Assembly (NCBI GenBank): GCA_946404035.1
Contig: CAMJCC010000001.1
Location: forward strand, 1 to 62,972
From: an uncultured Clostridia bacterium
GTDB lineage: Bacteria; Bacillota; Clostridia; Oscillospirales; CAG-272
Length of the DNA: 62,972 bases
Direction of reading: 5' to 3'
Positions 50,870-58,505 of this stretch are shown here, in pieces. The notes under the pieces were generated by a model. That model saw only the letters and a program-made list of their open reading frames with translations, made no database searches and was not told the DNA's origin. The translations under genes were made by a program, and so were the position numbers. Each line of letters starts with the position of its first letter. The stretch's first letter is position 1.

Positions 50870-50916
50870 ATAGGAGAAAAAACAGGGGGCTCCGCGCCCC
50901 CGGGAAAGAGAACGGT

Positions 50917-51549
50917 ATGAGTACGTTTCATCTTGTCGATCATCCCCTGATCACCCACAAACTGACCATTATGCGCCAGATCGAGACCAGTTCCAAGGAT
51001 TTCCGCGATCTGCTCGACGAGATCTCGATGCTGATGGGCTTCGAGATCACGCGCGACCTCCCGCTTGAGGAAGTGGAGATCGAGACCCCGATCTGCAAGA
51101 CGAAAGCCAAGCGCATCTCGGGCAAAAAACTGGCGATCGTCCCGATCCTGCGCGCCGGGCTCGGGATGGTGGACGGGCTCCTGCGGCTGGTCCCCGTCGC
51201 CCGCATCGGGCACATCGGTCTGTACCGCGATCCCGAGACCCACGAACCGGTCGAATACTACTGCAAGATGCCGCCCGACATCGAGAACCGTCTGGTCATC
51301 CTGGTCGACCCGATGCTCGCCACCGGCGGCAGCGCGTCCGACGCCATCACCAAACTGAAAGAAAGAGGATGCCACGGCAACATCGTGATGATGTGCCTCG
51401 TCGCCGCGCCCGAGGGCGTCGCCCGGCTGCAGAAAGATCATCCCGACGTCGACATCTACTCCGCCGCCCTCGACGAAAAGCTGAACGAGCACTGCTACAT
51501 CGTTCCCGGTCTCGGCGACGCCGGCGACCGTCTGTTCGGAACCAAATAA
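50917..51549 (+). CDS. upp: uracil phosphoribosyltransferase
   Basis: [13 protein letters not shown] and [17 protein letters not shown] motif. 210 aa. Confidence 0.92.
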   Translation: MSTFHLVDHPLITHKLTIMRQIETSSKDFRDLLDEISMLMGFEITRDLPLEEVEIETPICKTKAKRISGKKLAIVPILRAGLGMVDGLLRLVPVARIGHIGLYRDPETHEPVEYYCKMPPDIENRLVILVDPMLATGGSASDAITKLKERGCHGNIVMMCLVAAPEGVARLQKDHPDVDIYSAALDEKLNEHCYIVPGLGDAGDRLFGTK

Positions 51550-51550
51550 A

Positions 51551-52579
51551 ATGCGTACTCTGACGATCGGTCAGAACGACGCGGGACAGCGCCTTGATAA
51601 GTTTCTTACCAAGGCGCTTCCTCGTATGCCGAAATCCCTGCTCTACAAGTCCATCCGCATCAAGAAGATCAAGGTCAACCGCCGCCGCGCGACGCCCGAA
51701 CAGATCCTTGTCGCGGGGGACGAACTGCAGCTCTTTCTTGCCGAGGACCTGTTCGATAAGACCGGCGACGCCGACACGGGCGCGGAACTGGCGCGCATCC
51801 GGGGCGAACTGCCCATCCTCTACGAGGACGGGAACCTGATCCTACTGGACAAGCGCCCGGGGGTCACGGTCCACGAGGACGAAAACGGCAGCGCCGACAC
51901 GCTGCTGACCTCCCTGCGCGCCTACCTCTACCGCCGGGGCGAGTACGACCCCGAGAAAGAGCAGTCCTTCGCCCCCTCGCTCTGCAACCGGATCGACCGC
52001 AACACCGGCGGGATCGTCATCGCGGCGAAGAACGCCGAAGCCCTCCGCGATATGAACGAGCGCATCCGGCGCCGCGTGATGAAAAAGCTGTATCTCGCCG
52101 CCGTCCACGGCGTGCCGAGGGAGCGCGAAGCGACCCTCTCCGGGTATCTCAAAAAGGACGAGATCAAAAAGGAAGTCACGGTTTTTCACAACGACCCCCC
52201 CGCCGGAGCGAAAAAGATCGCCACCCGGTACCGGGTGCTGGCGACCTCTCCCGACGGGAAGCTGTCGCTGCTCGAGGTGGAGCTGCTGACCGGGCGGACG
52301 CACCAGATCCGCGCGCACCTGGCATCGGTCGGGCATCCGCTTCTCGGCGAGGGCAAGTACGCCGACAACCGGGGCGACCGGGCGCGCGGGTTCAAGCACC
52401 AGGCGCTCTCCTCCTATCGGCTCGTGTTCCCCGGCCCGCAAGGGGATCTGTTCGATTATCTCTCCGACCGGGTGTTCACCGTCCCGAAAAGCAGCGTATG
52501 GTTTTTGTCGCTCTTCCCCGGCGTCGGGGATGAAGTATTCGCTGCCCCGACCGAAAAAAGAAAGGAAAAGCCGCAATGA
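51551..52579 (+). CDS. RluA-family pseudouridine synthase with N-terminal S4 domain
   Basis: S4-like RLDKFL, catalytic NRIDRNTGG and GRTHQIRAHL. Confidence 0.85.
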   Translation: MRTLTIGQNDAGQRLDKFLTKALPRMPKSLLYKSIRIKKIKVNRRRATPEQILVAGDELQLFLAEDLFDKTGDADTGAELARIRGELPILYEDGNLILLDKRPGVTVHEDENGSADTLLTSLRAYLYRRGEYDPEKEQSFAPSLCNRIDRNTGGIVIAAKNAEALRDMNERIRRRVMKKLYLAAVHGVPREREATLSGYLKKDEIKKEVTVFHNDPPAGAKKIATRYRVLATSPDGKLSLLEVELLTGRTHQIRAHLASVGHPLLGEGKYADNRGDRARGFKHQALSSYRLVFPGPQGDLFDYLSDRVFTVPKSSVWFLSLFPGVGDEVFAAPTEKRKEKPQ

Positions 52580-53508
52580 AACTGTCCACCAGTACGGGCG
52601 ATTTCAAGCGCGTCGGCGCGACGATGCCGGAACGCATCCGGCTGATCGCCGAGGCGGGCTTCAAGCATATCAACCTGGAACTGACCGACGCGGTCGGGCG
52701 GCTGGACGGGGACGACTGGAAAGACAAGATCGCCGCCATCTCCGCCGCACTGAACGAGAGGGGCGTCGACTGCGTCCTCGCGCACGCGACGTGCGAGAAC
52801 CTGAACGAGGCGACCTACGACGGGATCGTCTTTGAGACCCTGCGGGATATTTCCGCCTGCGAGGCGCTCGGGATCCCGGATCTGGTCGTGCATCCGCTCT
52901 ACCCGGAGGGCAAAGACCGGGACGGCGTCTTCGACTTTAACCGCGCGTTCTACCGCGACCTGATCGCGTCGAGCAAGGGCTCGCCCGTCCGGCTCCTGAT
53001 CGAGAATATGGCGGACGTCGAGTGCGCCGTCCCCGCGTTTGCGACGGGGGAGGATATGGCGGCGTTTCTCGACTACGCCAAACTGGACCGCCTCGGCGCG
53101 TGCTGGGACACCGCGCACGGCAACCTGAACGCCCCGCCGCGCGACAATCAGCAGTACGAAGCGATCATAGCCCTCGGCGACCGGCTCTTTGCCTTACACG
53201 TTTCGGACAACTTCGGCCGCCGCCTGCATTGGCACACCTTCCCGTTCAACGGCTCGATCAACTTTGACGCCGTCCTCTCGGCGCTCGTTGAGATCGGCTA
53301 TCGTGGCGCGTTCAATTTCGAGGCGTCGTACATCATGCGCAACGCGTCGATGCCCCCCGTCCGCCGGAACCGGTGGACCCACCCGACCGACCCGCACTTT
53401 GCCCCGAAACTGACCGACCCGCCGCTCGAACTGATCCTGCAGGCGGAAAAGCTGCTCTACGCCACCGGCAAGTACCTGCTGGAACAGTATAACGCTTTTG
53501 AAGACTGA
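52576..53508 (+). CDS. sugar phosphate isomerase/epimerase (xylose-isomerase-like TIM barrel)
   Basis: AP_endo_2-type pattern (LIENM, WDTAHGN, LHVSDN, FNFE). ATGA overlap with the upstream gene. Confidence 0.72.
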   Translation: MKLSTSTGDFKRVGATMPERIRLIAEAGFKHINLELTDAVGRLDGDDWKDKIAAISAALNERGVDCVLAHATCENLNEATYDGIVFETLRDISACEALGIPDLVVHPLYPEGKDRDGVFDFNRAFYRDLIASSKGSPVRLLIENMADVECAVPAFATGEDMAAFLDYAKLDRLGACWDTAHGNLNAPPRDNQQYEAIIALGDRLFALHVSDNFGRRLHWHTFPFNGSINFDAVLSALVEIGYRGAFNFEASYIMRNASMPPVRRNRWTHPTDPHFAPKLTDPPLELILQAEKLLYATGKYLLEQYNAFED

Positions 53509-53523
53509 CCCCGGTCACAACGG

Positions 53524-53565
53524 AAAAACCCGTCCGCGTTTTGCGGACGGGTTTCTTGCTTTTAT
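53524..53565. terminator. bidirectional terminator (TIM-barrel gene / glycosidase-like gene)
   Basis: ACCCGTCCGC-gtttt-GCGGACGGGT flanked by A5 and a T-rich tract. Confidence 0.75.
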
Positions 53566-55307
53566 TTCGTTCCCCAGACGGCTTCGTTTTCTTTGAAGAA
53601 ATCCCGGTCCATCCAATCGTAGACCCAGGCGGCGACGCTGCTTCTCGCGTGCAGGGGCGCGCCGTCGGCGCGGATCGGAGAATAGCACTCGATCGGGGTG
53701 TAGCATCCGTGTTTGACACTCCAACCGAACGAAGAGGTCAGAGCGTAGGTATAGTCCCGCCCGTGCTTTTGTTGCGCGTAGGCGACCAGCGCCGACCAAA
53801 ACGGCCAGACGCCGCCGTTCTGACACGCGTAATCCTCCGCGGAGCGATTGTAGCACCGGTCGGCTCCCCGGTAGAAGGGATAGACGCTCATCACGCCGAA
53901 GTCGCCCGCCTGTTGGCTTTGGTTGTTCCTCGTTTCGAGCAGCGCCGAAACGTTGTCGAGCAGGCGCGCGGTCTGCTTTTCGTCGGAAATGCCGAACAGG
54001 ACGGCGAGGATCGTATCGACCGAGAGGTTGTCCTCGACAAAGTCGCCGTCGCGGTAGTTGACGTAATACCCCTTTCCGTCGTCCCAGAGGATCCTGTTGA
54101 TCGCGCCTTTCGTCTGCTCGAACATCTCGCGGTAACGGCGGGCGCGGGTCTTGTCCCTCGTCCCGACGATCGTGGAAAGGCAGAAGAGCGCGCGGGCGTA
54201 GAGTACCTCGACGTAGGTGACGTACCCCGTCCGGTTGATCTGATCCGCCCAATCGAGTTTGTTGTACCGCCCGCTCTTGACGATCAGCCCCGTTTTGTCT
54301 TCAAAGGTCGACAGCCGATCGATGACGAGCAGACAAAGGTCGAAGACGCTCTTGCCGTTCACGGTCTCAAAGAGGATCGAGCGGTCGCCCGTACGGTTGA
54401 TATAGTCGTAGACCATAAGGATGAAGAAGCACGGACTGTCGTAATAGTTGCGAACACGCGGGCTGAAATCAACCAGCACACCGGAAGGGCAATCGCCGTT
54501 CTCCTTGATCCCGCGCGCGAGCGTCAGGATCTGATTTCGGATCAGGTCGGGGCGGGTCTTATACATCGAAAGCACCGTCCAGTAGGCGTCGCGGAAATAG
54601 GTCCGGACGGGGATCTCGCGGTGACCGCTCGCACAAAAGCCCTTGAATAGCCCGATCTCCCGATAGTTTTCGAGCGCGCAGAAGATGCTGGAAACGTAGA
54701 GCGCCCGTTCCTTTTCGCTTTTTGACGACGCGGGGATCTTCACTTGTCTGAACTCGTCGACGACCTGCTTTTTATACGCCGCAAAACGCGACAGCAGCGT
54801 GGTACAGTACTTTTCGCTCGTGTAGGAAAAAACCAGCAGCGCGCTTCTGCGCGTGCGCAGATGGATCGTGTTGTTTTCGGCGATATATCGCGTTTCGACG
54901 TCGGTGTCGTAGTGGACTCCGTTTTGCGCCCGGCTGAAATCCATAACGAATTCGTAGTCGCCCGGTTTATTCGCCGTGAACTCGTAAAAAACCGCGTTCT
55001 CGTTCGGCGAAACGAACTGAAGGATCTTGATCCCGACCCCGCCGTCTTTCAAAAGGATCTTCTGCATCCGTCCGGCAAGCTCCACTCTTTTTTCACAGAA
55101 CGCGTCAAGTTTTCTGCCGTCGGCAAACACGTTCAGGACGGTCCGCCTCACGCAACTGCCGCTCTGGTTGGAAACGGTATAGTTCGTGATCCCGCCCTTG
55201 CCGTCGAATTGGACGTGCAGTTCGTTCGACGAAACGTCGTAGGGGACGTCCTCGTTCAGCTTTCCCGCTACGAAGAAGATCTTTCCGTTCCGAAAGCACT
55301 TTTTCAT
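53562..55307 (-). CDS. cytoplasmic (alpha/alpha)6 six-hairpin glycosidase-like protein (GDE_C/GH63-like)
   Basis: No signal peptide. The C-terminal half has barrel-type blocks (GLIVKSG..LDWADQ, GYYVNY, GDFGVMSVYPFY, QNGGVWPFW). Family assignment is by recollection only. Confidence 0.55.
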   Translation of the reverse strand: MKKCFRNGKIFFVAGKLNEDVPYDVSSNELHVQFDGKGGITNYTVSNQSGSCVRRTVLNVFADGRKLDAFCEKRVELAGRMQKILLKDGGVGIKILQFVSPNENAVFYEFTANKPGDYEFVMDFSRAQNGVHYDTDVETRYIAENNTIHLRTRRSALLVFSYTSEKYCTTLLSRFAAYKKQVVDEFRQVKIPASSKSEKERALYVSSIFCALENYREIGLFKGFCASGHREIPVRTYFRDAYWTVLSMYKTRPDLIRNQILTLARGIKENGDCPSGVLVDFSPRVRNYYDSPCFFILMVYDYINRTGDRSILFETVNGKSVFDLCLLVIDRLSTFEDKTGLIVKSGRYNKLDWADQINRTGYVTYVEVLYARALFCLSTIVGTRDKTRARRYREMFEQTKGAINRILWDDGKGYYVNYRDGDFVEDNLSVDTILAVLFGISDEKQTARLLDNVSALLETRNNQSQQAGDFGVMSVYPFYRGADRCYNRSAEDYACQNGGVWPFWSALVAYAQQKHGRDYTYALTSSFGWSVKHGCYTPIECYSPIRADGAPLHARSSVAAWVYDWMDRDFFKENEAVWGTK

Positions 55308-55345
55308 ATCATTATTCTCAACTTCCGTTTCTCGTTACCGGAAAT

Positions 55346-55374
55346 ATTATACAATAAAAGACGGCTTTTGACAA
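55346..55374 (-). promoter_or_regulatory. promoter of glycosidase-like gene 53562..55307 (TTGTCA-17-TATAAT)
   Basis: Immediately downstream of the lyase terminator, on the minus strand. Confidence 0.5.
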
Positions 55375-55381
55375 GGTCTTT

Positions 55382-55428
55382 CCCGTCTTTTGGAAAAAAG
55401 ACGGGGCGCGGATGGCTTCACGCCCCGA
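55382..55428 (-). terminator. terminator after the lyase gene
   Basis: Minus strand: CGGGGCG-12 nt-CGCCCCG followed by TCTTTTTT. An overlapping alternative hairpin is CCCGTCTTTT/AAAAGACGGG. Confidence 0.6.
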
Positions 55429-55440
55429 ACAAGCGGCGCT

Positions 55441-58260
55441 TTACGGGTTCGGCAGTTCATCAAATCCGATCGCGTCGTAGTCGTCGACGTCGACGTCGAG
55501 ATTGTCGTCGCAGTCAAGTTCCCCTCCGTCGTACGGAACCAACGTGACTGCCCCGACGGGCGCCCTAAAGGCGACGAAGCCCCCGTCGGCGCTCGCGTGT
55601 ACTGTTCCGACGGTGTTCCCGCCTACCCGTACTTTCCAGTCGCCCTCGGAAACGCCCGAAACGTAGTAGTTCAGCGTTCCCGCGCCCGGTGCGGTGAAAG
55701 AGAAACTCGCCGTCTGCCGGGTCGGGGATTTCACGAAGACCGCCGCCGTGTTCCCGATCACGACACCCTCCGTCTCCGACGAGTAGAACCGCGTCGCCGT
55801 CAGATCCGGGTCGTTTGCGGCGTCGCAGACGTAGATCACGTTCAGAAGATCGTTCGTCAGATTTCCTGTGGTCGGGCTGATCTCGACGCGGCCCCAGTAC
55901 CCGTCGTCCCCGGCGGAATACTGCACGCCGTTCACGTCGTAGTTGTGCCCCGATCCCCCGATCTTCGTGATGCTGTCGCCGCCGAGCACGCTCTGCAGGA
56001 CGAGTTTTCTCGCCCCGACGTCGACCGTTACCCGATTGCCCGCGATCGTCGGCTCCGCCGGAACATGAAGCAGGAAGGTCTTTTTGTAACTTCCCGATTT
56101 CGCCTTGATCCTATCGAAGACGAAGAAGAACATCGGCACGTCTTCGTTTTCGGTATCGAAGACGGTCAGCATCCGGCGGTTGACGGTATCGGCTTTCGTA
56201 CTGTAGGCGGGCTGCAGGTTGCCGGCGATATAGGCGTAGGTCGGGGTCGATCCGTCGTAGCCGTAGGAAACTCCGGTCACCTCGCCCGTCAGATAGCCGT
56301 CGCTCTGCCAGTTGGCGTAACTGCCCGGTTCGCTCGGCTGTTTCTGTCCCGCCCCGTCGATCAGGATACAGTTGTGCGCGACCGTCGCCTGGTGATACCG
56401 CAGATGGTGGCTGTCGCCGTACTCGTCGTAGGAACCGGTATCCCCCGCCAGCATCACGTCCTTATACCAGATCTGGAACTGTCCCGCGTCGGCGTGGTCG
56501 TGGTTGCCCGACGTGCGGCATCCGATCTTCATCAAAACCGCCGCCGCGTTAGAACTGCTCCATCGGTTCCGCGCGATGATCTGTCCGAGCCAGCCGCCGT
56601 TATAGAGGATCAAGGGCATTCCCTCGTGCCGGTCGGACGCCGGGGTCAGATTGGTGGACGAGCAGATCAGGTATTCGGGCACGCTCGAAACGAACGAGTA
56701 GTAGGCGTCGTGGAACTCGGAATAACTCCAATAGTTGTATTCGAGCAGTTTCCGCATCGTCGCGTCGTCAAACAGGTAGGAGGACAGCAGCGCGTTGCGC
56801 CCGTAATCGAGAAACTCGCGGTCGTTCGAGTGGTCGTCGCCCGACGCGAACGCCTTGTGTCCGCTCGTCGTCAATTCGTAACTGTAGACCGTGCGCATGA
56901 CCTGCTTCATGTTTGCTTCGCTTTCGTAGGGGAAAACGCCGGTCGCCGTTTTCACGAGCAGCGCGGAATAAAGATCCGACGCGAAGCGCAGTCGGACGTA
57001 AAGAGACGCGCCCTGCGGGTACATCCCCGCCTCGTAAAACTCGTTCCGCACGGGGACGTATTCGTCGTAGAAGCGGTCGGCGATATAGTTCCACCACCCC
57101 GGATACTCGTCGTAGATCGCGATGGCAAACGACAGGTAATCGCGGAGCAGTTGGAGCTCTGCGCCGTGTCCCGTGACGGCGTTCTCGTCGTTCGGCGGGA
57201 AACCGATCTCCATCCGACCGTTCCGGCAGCATTTGTTTTCTACCCCGAGAACGATCTGCTGTTTGTCGGCGTCGGAAAGAAGATCGTAGCACCAGTCGTA
57301 GACGCAGGCGGCGTCATACATCACCATCCCGTACATCCGGGCATAGTCGTCCAGAGACTTCCAGTTACCGGTCGTTTTGAGGGCGTTTTTGATCGCGTAG
57401 ATCGCGAGGTACCCCGAATAGGGGTTGCCCGTCATCCGGTAGTCGAGCGCCAACAGCTGAATATCGTTCAGCACGCCGGGATCAAAGCCGCCGGACAGGT
57501 TCCCGTCGGTCGGGTCAGCGTGTACCGCCTCGTATTTGGTCGAAACCGAATCGTAATCCTGCGATTGCTGCGCCGGAGCGTTCCGATACGCCGTCCGGAT
57601 CCCCGGAAGATCACTTTCGGTGAAGAGAACGCGCGGGTGCTGCCCCCTCGTCGGGTTCCTTACGAGGGCATCGTAGCCCGTCCCGTTCCCGAGGTTTGCC
57701 GTTACGCTCCCGCCCCCGAAATTCGAGTTGGTGAACGAGGCGATCTGCGTTTGCAGAGTCGGGATCGAGAAACCGCCCTCCGCCGAAAGCGCGTGCAGTT
57801 CGCCGTAGCGGATGCCCTCGCCGTCCTGAACGTACGGGCGGACGTAGATCGGCGTGTCGAACGACGCCTGCGGGACGTCGGTCACCTTGACCGCGACCCA
57901 AAAACGCCCCTCGGACGCGCGGACCCGCTTTCCGTTGGCGTAAACCTCGGCATATACTGTCGCCGTCTGATAGACTTGACAGCCGGCGTCCCCGACCGTC
58001 GGATCAATATTCGTTTTTGATAAAACGAAGCCGACGTTGGTATAATCAAGCGACCCGACCGTGAAGAGAAAACGCAGAGAGGTGCTCGCCGACCCGAGCG
58101 TATCGCCCGCCGTCATCTGATAGCCGAAGTCGTCGATCTCGCCCGCCGGTTCGTCCGCGTTACCGCGGATCGAGAAGAGCATGACAAGGGCGAGCGAAAG
58201 GATCGCCGCCAGTGCAAAAACCGACGTGATCACCCTCGGTTTCATCGAAACTTTTTGCAT
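55441..58260 (-). CDS. secreted heparinase II/III-like polysaccharide lyase with an extra N-terminal module
   Basis: Start MQKVSMKPRV after an AAGGAGA RBS, with a signal-anchor helix. Heparinase II/III-type block GNHDHADAGQFQIWYKDV...HNCILI. Residues ~41-153 are homologous to the N-terminus of 58506..61100. Confidence 0.72.
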   Translation of the reverse strand: MQKVSMKPRVITSVFALAAILSLALVMLFSIRGNADEPAGEIDDFGYQMTAGDTLGSASTSLRFLFTVGSLDYTNVGFVLSKTNIDPTVGDAGCQVYQTATVYAEVYANGKRVRASEGRFWVAVKVTDVPQASFDTPIYVRPYVQDGEGIRYGELHALSAEGGFSIPTLQTQIASFTNSNFGGGSVTANLGNGTGYDALVRNPTRGQHPRVLFTESDLPGIRTAYRNAPAQQSQDYDSVSTKYEAVHADPTDGNLSGGFDPGVLNDIQLLALDYRMTGNPYSGYLAIYAIKNALKTTGNWKSLDDYARMYGMVMYDAACVYDWCYDLLSDADKQQIVLGVENKCCRNGRMEIGFPPNDENAVTGHGAELQLLRDYLSFAIAIYDEYPGWWNYIADRFYDEYVPVRNEFYEAGMYPQGASLYVRLRFASDLYSALLVKTATGVFPYESEANMKQVMRTVYSYELTTSGHKAFASGDDHSNDREFLDYGRNALLSSYLFDDATMRKLLEYNYWSYSEFHDAYYSFVSSVPEYLICSSTNLTPASDRHEGMPLILYNGGWLGQIIARNRWSSSNAAAVLMKIGCRTSGNHDHADAGQFQIWYKDVMLAGDTGSYDEYGDSHHLRYHQATVAHNCILIDGAGQKQPSEPGSYANWQSDGYLTGEVTGVSYGYDGSTPTYAYIAGNLQPAYSTKADTVNRRMLTVFDTENEDVPMFFFVFDRIKAKSGSYKKTFLLHVPAEPTIAGNRVTVDVGARKLVLQSVLGGDSITKIGGSGHNYDVNGVQYSAGDDGYWGRVEISPTTGNLTNDLLNVIYVCDAANDPDLTATRFYSSETEGVVIGNTAAVFVKSPTRQTASFSFTAPGAGTLNYYVSGVSEGDWKVRVGGNTVGTVHASADGGFVAFRAPVGAVTLVPYDGGELDCDDNLDVDVDDYDAIGFDELPNP

Positions 58261-58357
58261 ATTTTTCTCCTTTTGCAAGAGAGAAACGCCGGGCGGACGC
58301 CCGGCGTTTCCGCGGCAATTGTTTTTTCCGCGCCTCCCGCGCGGGGAGGCAAAGGGA

Positions 58358-58486
58358 TCAGAGCGAGCCGAAACTGAACTCGTCCCAGCCGTCCTCCGCA
58401 AGCGTTCCGCCCGAGGTGATCAGCATATCAAGACCGAGCAGAACGATCCTGATCTCGGCGGTTTCGTAGGTCTTTTTCTCTTTCAT
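58358..58486 (-). CDS. unannotated 42-aa ORF (MKEKKTYETAEIRIVLLGLDMLITSGGTLAEDGWDEFSFGSL)
   Basis: Hand translation. ATG lies 19 nt after the upstream stop and 9 nt after AAAGGGG. Roughly 73% G/C at third positions, as in neighbouring genes. Too short for the ORF track. Confidence 0.35.
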   Translation of the reverse strand: MKEKKTYETAEIRIVLLGLDMLITSGGTLAEDGWDEFSFGSL

Positions 58487-58505
58487 TTCAAAATACCCCT
58501 TTCAA

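Noticed and set aside
55390-58020. 876-aa plus-strand ORF opposite the lyase gene, and 61012..62571(+) opposite the 442-aa lipoprotein gene.
   Set aside because: Arg/Val/Asp/Gly-rich antisense translations. The similar-looking ORFs at 58716 and 59979 (MINQLIVLDRRG...) merely mirror the intragenic duplication on the coding strand.
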